Of a stretch of DNA of 64,000 nucleotides, positions 1 to 7,936 are shown piece after piece. The notes under the pieces were generated by a model that was not told the origin of the DNA, ran no database searches, and saw nothing but the letters and a program-made list of their open reading frames with translations. The DNA is taken from NCBI GenBank assembly GCA_033720355.1, contig JAWWCR010000001.1, positions 10,364-74,363 on the forward strand, in the 5' to 3' direction. How positions within the stretch are numbered: the stretch's first letter is position 1; every line of letters begins with the position of its first letter. The translations under genes and the position numbers were made by a program. Source of the DNA: Gemmatimonadota bacterium (GTDB lineage: Bacteria; Gemmatimonadota; Gemmatimonadetes; Palauibacterales; Palauibacteraceae).

Positions 1-624
1 CAGCACGACGGGCATCGCCGCGGCGACGCGTTCCGGCGGCACTCCGACCGCCCCGGCGATGCGGAGTGCCAGGGGAATGACGCCCTGCACGATGAGCGGG
101 ACGGTACACGCGAGCACCCATGGCAGGTAGCGGTGCCGCAGCCAGCGTCGGAGCCGGCCGGTTGCGGCGTTCGCCGGGTCGAGCGCCCGCTCGAAGTCGT
201 ACGGGAACCGGACCGACAGCCGAACCAGCGATGCGGCGGCGAGCGCCAGCGCGAATGCGGCGACAACCACGACCCACCCCTCGGCGCTGATGCTGATCCC
301 GTCGATCTCGCCCCCGGCCGTGTAGTCGAGCGACGCGAACCGGAGGATCGACCCCCAGCAGATCGCGATCAACACGAGGAAGAGCGAGAGGCTCCTCGCT
401 TCGTAGCGCTGGCCGGCTCGCACGATCAGGAAGCCCGCGAGCCCGCAAGCCAGGATCGCGACGACGAGACTCAGCGAGATGGCGAGCACGGTGAGGCGTC
501 CGCCCGGAGGCACTGCCCGATACAGCTCCACCGCCGTGGGCAGCAGGATGGCCACGTGAGCGGTCGCCGCGATCGCGACGACGCCGACGAAGAGCCGGGT
601 GGGCAGGGAGTCGGAGGTGCTCAT
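1..624 (-). CDS. Integral membrane protein, truncated by the window edge
   Basis: Not in the ORF track because it runs off the window. Hand translation of the reverse complement of 361-624 gives MSTSDSLPTRLFVGVVAIAATAHVAILLPTAVELYRAVPPGGRLTVLAISLSLVVAILACGLAGFLIVRAGQRYEARSLSLFLVLIAI, with several hydrophobic helices and no stop. The + ORF 133..630 is an Arg/Pro/Asp-rich shadow. Confidence 0.5.
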   Translation of the reverse strand, partial: MSTSDSLPTRLFVGVVAIAATAHVAILLPTAVELYRAVPPGGRLTVLAISLSLVVAILACGLAGFLIVRAGQRYEARSLSLFLVLIAICWGSILRFASLDYTAGGEIDGISISAEGWVVVVAAFALALAAASLVRLSVRFPYDFERALDPANAATGRLRRWLRHRYLPWVLACTVPLIVQGVIPLALRIAGAVGVPPERVAAAMPVVL

Positions 625-721
625 CGATGATTAGGACACACGAACGGGCGTCCCCGTCACCTCGCTGCGCCGGAAGGCCGACGAGACCGCACCGTCCGCC
701 CCGCCCCCCCGCCGCGGCGCT

Positions 722-2143
722 TTAGCGGTCGTCGCCCTCCTCGTTGGACTCCTCTTCCGCAATGCGCCGCCGCTCGGCCACCAGCCGGTCGTACTCTTCC
801 TGATCGAGATACGTGACGTCGGCCCACAGGTGCGCCATCTCGTCGACGGTCCGATCTCCCCAGTCCACCCATTGCTCGTGGTCGGGGTTGTTCGGGTTGT
901 CGGGTGTGTTGTCGTGCCACGCCGTGACGACGAGCGTCGTTCCGGCGGGGAGGAGCGGCGCCACGTCTTCATCGTAGATGTAGTTGATGTGCCAGTTCCA
1001 CTGGAAGTTGTTGACCTGGCTGATCAGGGTGCGCTCGCCGTCGGGTGTAATGGCCTCGAGCGAGAACGCCTTCCCTCGCATGTGCATGTGCGGCTGGAAG
1101 TTCTCGATCCGGGCCGGCCAGCGAAGCGTGTGGAAGTTCTGGGTGACCGCGATCTCGCCCGGCGGGATGTCGAGACCGCCCGGCTTCGTGGCGTTGTAGA
1201 AGGCGAGCCGTGTGCGGTGTGTCGGCTCCTGCCCCTTCGGATAGAACCACACCCCGAGCTCGACGTAGCTGTCGGGCACCTGTTTGCCGATCGCGTGGAG
1301 GTGCACCTCCCAGCGGATCTGCGAGTTCGGCAGCATCAGCTTGCCCGCGCCATCCGGGAACACCTCGCCCTCCTTCCCGACGGCCCACTCCATGAAGAGA
1401 CCTGGTCCGCCCATGGCGCCCCCGCGAGTGCTCGCCTGCACCGCCCCGGGGCTCATCGCGTCGTCAGACTCGTCCTGCTCGAGAAAAGCGAGGACATGGT
1501 GGGTGATGCGACGCGAATCCAGCCCCGCCGGCTTGATCTCGATCGCCTTCACCCAACGCGGCTCGTCGAGATCGACCGGCGTCACCGGGCGCCACCATTT
1601 GTCCTGGGTCACGGCGTCGAGCGTGAAAGGCTCGGAGCCGACGATCAGGTCGGGCTGGCCGAACTCGTCCGCCAGACGCCACTCGTTAGGATCGGGAAAC
1701 TCCGCGGGCGGCGGAAGATCGGCGGGATCGCCCTCGACACGGCCTCCATCGATCCACGCGACGATCGTCTCGATCTCCTCGTCGGTCAGGCTGCGGTCGT
1801 TCTTGAACTCGCGGATACCGACCGTCCGGTCGATGTGCCACGGTGGCATGACGCGGTTCGAGACCTTCTCGCGGATGCCCGAAGCCCAGCGGTACGCGTC
1901 GCGGTACGTCATGAGCGCCATCGGGGCGATCGAGTTCTCCTGGTGGCACTCCTGGCAGTTCGCCTGGAGGATGGGCATCACGTCGCGGTTGAAAGTGACT
2001 TCGGCGTGGCCGCCCTCCTGCGCGCTCGCCGGCCCGGGCGGCCCCACGACCGCCAGAGCGGCCGCAGCGGTAATGGCGGCGATCGCTCGCCCGGTCCTCG
2101 CCCGTCCGTCTCTCGCGATGCGGTCTACCGAGGTCGTCTTCAT
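722..2143 (-). CDS. Exported cytochrome c (CXXCH) fused to a PHM/DBH-like copper monooxygenase-type domain
   Basis: 473-aa ORF with a signal-like N-terminus (AAALAVVGPPGPASAQE). It has CQECH (C63/C66/H67) plus a downstream RVMPPW. Then come THHV (H215/216), WEVHLH (H281/283), PHMHMRGK (H352/354) and DEMAHLW (M436). SD GGAAGGAG lies just upstream of the ATG. Paralog of 51655..53454. Confidence 0.8.
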   Translation of the reverse strand: MKTTSVDRIARDGRARTGRAIAAITAAAALAVVGPPGPASAQEGGHAEVTFNRDVMPILQANCQECHQENSIAPMALMTYRDAYRWASGIREKVSNRVMPPWHIDRTVGIREFKNDRSLTDEEIETIVAWIDGGRVEGDPADLPPPAEFPDPNEWRLADEFGQPDLIVGSEPFTLDAVTQDKWWRPVTPVDLDEPRWVKAIEIKPAGLDSRRITHHVLAFLEQDESDDAMSPGAVQASTRGGAMGGPGLFMEWAVGKEGEVFPDGAGKLMLPNSQIRWEVHLHAIGKQVPDSYVELGVWFYPKGQEPTHRTRLAFYNATKPGGLDIPPGEIAVTQNFHTLRWPARIENFQPHMHMRGKAFSLEAITPDGERTLISQVNNFQWNWHINYIYDEDVAPLLPAGTTLVVTAWHDNTPDNPNNPDHEQWVDWGDRTVDEMAHLWADVTYLDQEEYDRLVAERRRIAEEESNEEGDDR

Positions 2144-2227
2144 CTGCCCGCTCCTTCCGATTGGCTCGCGATCCGTCCGGTCGGGGTCGTCCGGAGGGTC
2201 CGGATCCCCCCGACTCGCCGCGTGTGT

Positions 2228-3076
2228 CTACGGCGTGACCGTCACCTTCACGAACCCGTTCGTCCAACAACATTGCGCGTGACCCGCGGTCGAGACGCCG
2301 GAGGCGTCGTTCGCCCGAACGCGAAGCACGTACTCGCCGGGAGCGCCGAACATCACCGTCGTGGTGGCGCTCCCGCCCGCCGCCGGGATCTCGGCGGTCG
2401 GTTCACCGAACCACACGTCGCCGGGCCCGCGGTGCTTGAACCAGGTGACCGTCACGGGAACCGCCGTGTCGCCCGAGCCGCGCACGCTCGTGCGGCTCCG
2501 GCCGTCATCGCGCGCGTGAACGGTCAGCTCGAGCGGCTCGTCCGCCGACGCGGTGCGCGTCTTCCCGACGACGCCGGCCGGTCCCATCGCCTCGGGTCCC
2601 CCCTCATCGAACCACACCGTCGGGGGCTTGTTTCCCGACCCTGCTTCGCCGACGATCGCGTCGATCTTCCAGTCGGGGTGCAGGTGTCCCGGCACCCGCT
2701 GCGTCTCGCCCCTCACCGTGAGCGTCCAGTAGACGCGCTGTTCGGGGTCGAAGTCGCTGGGGACGCGGATCGCGAACACTCCGAAGTGGCGCCCCGGCGC
2801 GAAGTGCTCGGGCTGATCGCCGTCCAGGCCGGGCTCGGAGATCGCGTTGGCGTCGCCGAGCGGGACCTCGATCACTTCCTCCATGTTCCGGTTGAAGTAG
2901 CCGAACGACATCGCGATGGTCCCGTCGGGGAGCTCGTACCACCCTTCGTAGGCCGGCGTGACCGTCAGCCCGCTCCCGCTGCGTGGCGGGAGAGGCATCT
3001 CCTGGGCGATCACCGGGCCCGCGGCGCACGCGCCCGTGAGCGCGATCACCGCGGCTCCCCTAGTGATCGGTCGCAT
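2228..3076 (-). CDS. Secreted hypothetical protein, co-oriented upstream partner of the cytochrome c/PHM-like gene
   Basis: 282-aa ORF with a signal peptide (AAVIALTGACAAGPVIAQE). The composition is non-shadow and beta-rich, with a C-terminal HAQCCWTNGF motif. It lies 85 nt upstream of 722..2143 on the same strand. Confidence 0.65.
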   Translation of the reverse strand: MRPITRGAAVIALTGACAAGPVIAQEMPLPPRSGSGLTVTPAYEGWYELPDGTIAMSFGYFNRNMEEVIEVPLGDANAISEPGLDGDQPEHFAPGRHFGVFAIRVPSDFDPEQRVYWTLTVRGETQRVPGHLHPDWKIDAIVGEAGSGNKPPTVWFDEGGPEAMGPAGVVGKTRTASADEPLELTVHARDDGRSRTSVRGSGDTAVPVTVTWFKHRGPGDVWFGEPTAEIPAAGGSATTTVMFGAPGEYVLRVRANDASGVSTAGHAQCCWTNGFVKVTVTP

Positions 3077-3088
3077 CGTCTCTCCGCG

Positions 3089-3991
3089 CTACTGCGTCGA
3101 CGCCGCGATCGACGCCCTGATGGCGGTGACCGTCTGGTCGATCCGGAAGTCGAGGAGCTTCCGACCGATCTCGACCACCTCATCCTTCGGCGCGATCGAG
3201 ACGCCGTTGATGCTGGCCTTCCCGGCCTTCACCCGCTGGTCGTAGCGCACCGTCGTCGGGTCGGTGACCATCATGATCGAGGTGATCACGAAGTCGTCGT
3301 GGATCCCCTCGGGGTCGGTCTCGTAGATCCCGAGCTCGGAGTTCATCCACTCGTGCACCTCGCGGTACTCGTAGAACTCGGGGATGAAGTGCGCGGTCGC
3401 GTCGGTCCACTTCGCGTTCAGACGATCCGCGACGGCCTCCATGCCCTGCTGGTTGCCGCCGCTGTCGCCGAAGAGGATGATGTGCTCGAAGCCGTGCGCC
3501 TCGAGGCTCTCCGCCACGTCGGTGAGGACGGCCTCGAAGGTCTCCTCGCGCAGGCTGATCGTACCGGGATACACCATGTGACCGCTCGGTTCGTCGATCC
3601 CGCCCTCGGGGACGAGCTTGATGATCGGGGCGCAAAGCGCGTTTCCGAGCTCGCGCGCGACGCCCTCGCAGGCGCCCTGTAGCACGTAGTTGTGCTTGCC
3701 CGTCGCGAGGTACGGACCGTTCTGCTCGATGCCGCCCGTCGTGATGATCGCGGTCGTCTTGCCGGCGGCCATAGCGTCGCGGACTTCCATCCACGTGAGT
3801 TCCTCGATCCACACCGAGTCGAAGGCGTCGATCGGACGCGGCGCCCTGAGCTCCTCCTGGATCCGCGCTTCCTGTGCGGCTCGCCGCTGCGCGCGCTCCT
3901 CGGGGGTCAGCTGCTGTTGTTGGGCCGTAAGGGGCGTGGTCGCGATCAGGGCGAGGGCGATGGTGGGCAGGAGGGTCGTTGCTCGCTTCAT
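3089..3991 (-). CDS. Creatininase-family amidohydrolase, exported
   Basis: The track ORF 3089..4282 is trimmed to the internal ATG at 3989-3991 (MKRATTLLPTIALALIATTPLTAQQQQ, a signal peptide). Creatininase-like motifs are present: TTGGIEQNGPYLATGKH and FGDSGGN. Confidence 0.75.
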   Translation of the reverse strand: MKRATTLLPTIALALIATTPLTAQQQQLTPEERAQRRAAQEARIQEELRAPRPIDAFDSVWIEELTWMEVRDAMAAGKTTAIITTGGIEQNGPYLATGKHNYVLQGACEGVARELGNALCAPIIKLVPEGGIDEPSGHMVYPGTISLREETFEAVLTDVAESLEAHGFEHIILFGDSGGNQQGMEAVADRLNAKWTDATAHFIPEFYEYREVHEWMNSELGIYETDPEGIHDDFVITSIMMVTDPTTVRYDQRVKAGKASINGVSIAPKDEVVEIGRKLLDFRIDQTVTAIRASIAASTQ

Positions 3992-4208
3992 GGTGGCGCC
4001 TTTCTGTCGATCCGGGTCGCACGTCCGCACACACCCCGCACCAGGTGGAGAACACCCGTGGCAGAAAGATGGCTCAACCGACGGACGGCGGCCAGCCGCC
4101 GCGACCGGGCCGGAACCGACCGGGCGGCGCCCGCCCCGGTACCTGGCCGCCGTCCCAATCCTTAGAATCAACGTGCGCGAGGCAGGCCTCGCGGAAGACC
4201 AGCCGATC

Positions 4209-5246
4209 ATGGAGGAACCGATGTCGAAACGCTCTCTCGCGGCATGGACGCTCGCCCTGTCTGTGCCCGCGCTGGCCCTCACCGCCTGTGCGACGTCGGA
4301 AGAGACGCCGGCCCCCGACGACGCCGCGGGAGGATCGGGTGAGGAGGCGGCCGTTGGCGCGGCGCCCGTGCGAACGGGGAACCCCTACGAGCGCGGGCTC
4401 ACGGACGCCGACTTCCCTCGCGTCCAGGAGCTCGCCGACGGCGTCTACTCGTACGAGCAGATCCACGTGGCCGGCGGCGAGACGATCACCACGGTGAGCC
4501 TGTTCGTCGTGACACCCGCCGGTGTGCTGGTCGCGGATGGGCAGGAGAGCGTCGAGGAGACCCGACGGCTGATCGACACGATCGCCGGCATAACCGACCA
4601 GCCGATCACGCACATGGTGATCTCCTCCGACCACGGCGATCACTCGGCCGGCAACTCGGTGTTCCCGGCGGATGCCGAGTTCTACGCACACCCGACCTCG
4701 GCGGCCACGCTCGAGCGTCAGGCCTCGTCGCCGAACCGCTCGGCGGACGACCCGCCCGTTGTCCTCCCCACCCGTCTCGTGGAGGAACGCGAGATCCTCG
4801 ACGTCGGGGGCCGCGAGATCCACCTCGTACACCTCGGCCGCGCGCATACCGGGGGCGATCTCCTCGTCTACGTGCCCGACGGAAAGGTCCTCTTCATGAG
4901 CGAGACCTTCCTCAACCGCATCTTCCCCGCGATGCGTTCGGCCTACCCCTCCGAGTGGGTGGCCATGGTCGAGACGGCACAGGCGATGGATGTCGACGTG
5001 TACGTCCCGGGCCACGGGCTCGTCGAGGACCCGGAGCTCCTCGAGGAGGAGCTCGAGCGATACCGCCAGGCGATGGTGTCGGTCATCGCCGAAGCTACGC
5101 GCCTGCACGAGGCGGGGCTCGACGCCGACGAGGCGGTCGAAGAGGCGGACTTCGGCGACGTCGGCGGGTGGACGCTCAACGAGAGCCAGGGGCCGATCGC
5201 CGTGCGCCGCGTGTACCTCGAGCTGAACGGCGAGCTCCCCGGGTGA
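4209..5246 (+). CDS. MBL-fold metallo-hydrolase, lipoprotein-type signal
   Basis: C-terminal part of track ORF 3690..5246. Start is ATG 4209 or 4221 (MSKRSLAAWTLALSVPALALTAC, lipobox-like). It has the HxHxDH-type motif ISSDHGDHSAG and a later GHG. Confidence 0.75.
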   Translation: MEEPMSKRSLAAWTLALSVPALALTACATSEETPAPDDAAGGSGEEAAVGAAPVRTGNPYERGLTDADFPRVQELADGVYSYEQIHVAGGETITTVSLFVVTPAGVLVADGQESVEETRRLIDTIAGITDQPITHMVISSDHGDHSAGNSVFPADAEFYAHPTSAATLERQASSPNRSADDPPVVLPTRLVEEREILDVGGREIHLVHLGRAHTGGDLLVYVPDGKVLFMSETFLNRIFPAMRSAYPSEWVAMVETAQAMDVDVYVPGHGLVEDPELLEEELERYRQAMVSVIAEATRLHEAGLDADEAVEEADFGDVGGWTLNESQGPIAVRRVYLELNGELPG

Positions 5247-5932
5247 AGGAGCCGCGTTCCGCCACGGCCAACCTGCGCCGGTACCTCCTCCAGGGACTCG
5301 CCGTCACGGGGCCCCTGGGGATCACGGCCTTCATCCTCTGGTGGCTGTTCGTCCAGCTCGACGGGGTGCTCGGACGGTGGCTGGACCCGCTTCTCGGGTG
5401 GTCGGCGCCCGGTATCGGGCTGCTCCTCCTCATCCTCCTCCTGTTGCTGGTCGGGTGGCTCGTCGAGCGCGCCCTCGGCGGACGGCTGCTCCGGCTGGGC
5501 GAGCGGCTCCTCAACCGGGTGCCGCTCGTCCGGCGTCTCTACGGCGGGTCGAGCCGAATCGTGAAGGCCGTGATCGGCGAGGAGAAGATGGCGTTCCGCG
5601 AGGTGGTCCTCTTCGAGTACCCCATGGAAGGAACCTGGGCGTACGGGCTCGTGACGGGACCCGCGCCGACGTCGGCCGCCGAGGCGCTCGGCGGGGAGGG
5701 AGTCACGGTCTACCTGCCCACCGCGCCGAACCCGATGTCGGGCTTCCTCATCGTCGTCCCTCGAGAAAAGGCCCTGAAGACGGCGCTCACGCCGGAGGAG
5801 GTCTTCACGTACATCCTGTCGGCGGGGTCGGTGTCGCCCGGACGCGCCGCCCAGCTCCTGGATTCGCGGGACGTGGTCGCGGTAGGCGAAACCGGGGCGG
5901 CGGATGTGGCCCCGCCGTCGCATGCCGGGTAG
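5243..5932 (+). CDS. DUF502-family membrane protein
   Basis: In-frame GTG at 5243 overlaps the upstream stop (GTGA). Sequence LRRYLLQGLAVTGPLGITAFILWW, then a second TM, then PNPMSGFLIVVPRE, a typical DUF502 signature as I recall it. Confidence 0.65.
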   Translation: MKEPRSATANLRRYLLQGLAVTGPLGITAFILWWLFVQLDGVLGRWLDPLLGWSAPGIGLLLLILLLLLVGWLVERALGGRLLRLGERLLNRVPLVRRLYGGSSRIVKAVIGEEKMAFREVVLFEYPMEGTWAYGLVTGPAPTSAAEALGGEGVTVYLPTAPNPMSGFLIVVPREKALKTALTPEEVFTYILSAGSVSPGRAAQLLDSRDVVAVGETGAADVAPPSHAG

Positions 5933-5941
5933 AGATCGGCG

Positions 5942-6742
5942 ATGCCCATCTCCGCGCTCATGGATCTGACCGGCCTCATGGGGCTGACCGCGCTCGCAGA
6001 CCTGGTCGCCTCCGCGTCGACCCTGGTCACGCAGGTCGAGCCGTCCGGAGGGCTCGCCGCGGCTCTGTCGGAGAGCCCGATCGTCGCGCTCGGCGCCCTG
6101 TTCGCGGCAGGGGTGCTGACGAGCTTCACGCCGTGCGTGTACCCGATGATCCCGATCACGGTCTCGGTGATCGGCGGAACCGCGACCGAGGACCAGAGCC
6201 GGTGGCGCACGCTCGGGCTCACCCTCACCTACGCTACCGGTCTGGCGCTCCTGTACGCGTTCCTCGGGATGCTCGCCGGGCTGAGCGGCACGCTCTTCGG
6301 CGCCGTTAGCGCGAGCCCCTGGGCCCTCCTCGCGATCGGGAACCTGCTGTTGCTGTTCGCCCTGTTCATGCTGGACGTGTTCCCCGTACCCGTCCCGCGC
6401 CGTCTGCTCGACTGGGCCGCGAGGAAGGAGGGCGGATCGTACGGTGCGGTCTTCGTCCTCGGTGCGACCTCCGGGGTCGTGACGGCGCCGTGTGGCGCAC
6501 CGGCCTTCGCCGTCGTCCTTACATGGGTCGCGGCGACGCAGGCGGGGCTGATGGGGTTCGTCTACCTCTTCGTCTTCTCGATGGGGATGACGGCGCTGCT
6601 GGTGGTGATCGGCCTGTTCTCGGGAACCCTGGCCGTTCTGCCGCGTTCAGGTTCGTGGATGGTGTGGGTGAAGCGCATCGCCGCCATCATCATGATCGCG
6701 ATGGCGCAGTACTACTTCGTGAGGGCGGGATACAACCTGTGA
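5942..6742 (+). CDS. ccdA: Cytochrome c biogenesis / thiol-disulfide transporter CcdA (DsbD transmembrane-domain family)
   Basis: 266-aa polytopic membrane ORF. It has FTPCVYPMIP and a second-half TAPCGAP motif, the two conserved Cys-containing helices of CcdA/DsbD-beta. Confidence 0.8.
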   Translation: MPISALMDLTGLMGLTALADLVASASTLVTQVEPSGGLAAALSESPIVALGALFAAGVLTSFTPCVYPMIPITVSVIGGTATEDQSRWRTLGLTLTYATGLALLYAFLGMLAGLSGTLFGAVSASPWALLAIGNLLLLFALFMLDVFPVPVPRRLLDWAARKEGGSYGAVFVLGATSGVVTAPCGAPAFAVVLTWVAATQAGLMGFVYLFVFSMGMTALLVVIGLFSGTLAVLPRSGSWMVWVKRIAAIIMIAMAQYYFVRAGYNL

Positions 6743-7296
6743 GCACGACAACACGCGCCCGGTCGGCACGTCCGGGGCGCTCCATTACAGCCGCCCTCAC
6801 GCTGGCGATGGTCGGCCTGTGCGGTGCGGTCGGCGGCGCGGCCGCGCAGACCGGCGAGGGTCAGGTGAGCCTTCCGATCGGCACGCCGGGCCCCGACGCC
6901 GGGCTCCAGGATCTCGACGAGACCGACGTCACGCTGCTCTCGTTCGCCGACGGCAAGCCCACGCTGATCGAGTTCTGGGCGTCGTGGTGCGAGCAGTGCG
7001 AGGCGCTCCAGCCGCAGATCGACGAGATCGTCGCGTCGTACGGCGAGTCGGTGAATGTCGTCGCGGTGGCCGTCGCGGTGTCGCAGTCGTTGCGTCGGGT
7101 GCGCCGGCACGTGGAGGAAGCGGGCCACGACTACCCCTTCCTGTGGGATGCGCGGGGGGAGGCAGTCCGCGCCTACGAGGCGGCGACCACGTCCGTCGTG
7201 GTCATCCTCGACGCCGACGGGCGGGTGGCCTACACCGGCGTGGGGCCCGATCAGAACCTGGTCGCCACCGTCGCGTCGATGGTCGGAGGTCGCTGA
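6739..7296 (+). CDS. TlpA/ResA-like periplasmic thioredoxin (WCEQC)
   Basis: GTG 6739 overlaps the ccdA stop (GTGA). It has a signal/anchor sequence and then LIEFWASWCEQCEALQP (CxxC). The rest matches a redoxin-fold pattern (VNVVAVAV...YPFLWDARGE...VVILDADGRV). Confidence 0.8.
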   Translation: MSTTTRARSARPGRSITAALTLAMVGLCGAVGGAAAQTGEGQVSLPIGTPGPDAGLQDLDETDVTLLSFADGKPTLIEFWASWCEQCEALQPQIDEIVASYGESVNVVAVAVAVSQSLRRVRRHVEEAGHDYPFLWDARGEAVRAYEAATTSVVVILDADGRVAYTGVGPDQNLVATVASMVGGR

Positions 7297-7306
7297 CCCT
7301 GGCCGA

Positions 7307-7786
7307 TCAGGGGGCCCCGTCCCCGTAGGCCTCCTCGAGCGCCGCGATGTCGAACTTGCTCATCCCGAGGGCTGCCTCCATCACCCGCCCGGCGCGTGCC
7401 GGATCGGGGTCGGCGAGCATGTCGGCGAGGGCGCGTGGGTTCACCTGCCAGGACATCCCGAATCGATCCACGAGCCACCCGCACGGGCCCGCCTCGCCAC
7501 CTTCCGACAGTCGTTCCCAGTAGTGGTCGATCTCTTCCTGCGTGTCGCACTCCACCGACAACGAGAACGCGTCGGTGAAGGAGAAGTGCGGCCCGCCGTT
7601 GAGCGCGACGTAGGGCCGTCCCTCGAGCTCGAAGGCGACGGTCATCACGCTTCCGGCCGGGAGCGGCGAGCCCGGAGGGAACGGCGTGGTCCCCGTGATA
7701 CGGGAGCCGGGGAAGAGGGACACGTAGAAGGCCGCCGCGTCCTCGGCGCCCTCGGCGTAGGCGAGGAAGGGCGTGATGTGGGGCAT
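7307..7786 (-). CDS. VOC/glyoxalase-fold protein (PhnB / 3-demethylubiquinone methyltransferase-like domain)
   Basis: Track ORF trimmed to ATG 7784-7786 (MPHITPFLAYAEGAEDAAAFYVSLFPGS...). It carries C-terminal EEIDHYWERLSEGGEAGPCGWLVDRFGMSWQV, the typical PhnB-like signature. Confidence 0.7.
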   Translation of the reverse strand: MPHITPFLAYAEGAEDAAAFYVSLFPGSRITGTTPFPPGSPLPAGSVMTVAFELEGRPYVALNGGPHFSFTDAFSLSVECDTQEEIDHYWERLSEGGEAGPCGWLVDRFGMSWQVNPRALADMLADPDPARAGRVMEAALGMSKFDIAALEEAYGDGAP

Positions 7787-7936
7787 TCGGGATCCTCTCG
7801 GTGGGCGTCGGAGCTCGGTGGGCGTCAGAGCTCGGTGGGCATCGGAGACCGTACGGCCCGGAATCCGGTGGGATCCCGGGCCGCCAGCCGGTCGCTTCGT
7901 CGCCGGCGGGACCATCGGTCCCGCGATAGCAGCCTC

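Noticed and set aside
830-3682. 950-aa + strand ORF. There are similar giant ORFs at 9609..11948(-), 15057..17642(-), 26832..27983(+ part), 37035..39464(-), 39516..41729(+), 41558..43057(+), 46074..47738(+), 47428..49113(-), 51841..53607(-), 55195..57606(+), 55652..57604(-) and 58980..61001(+).
   Set aside because: Their translations are dominated by Arg/Pro/Gly/Asp/His runs with no recognisable motifs. They lie antisense or off-frame to ORFs with clear family signatures. This is the usual long-shadow-ORF effect of very GC-rich DNA, where stop codons are rare.
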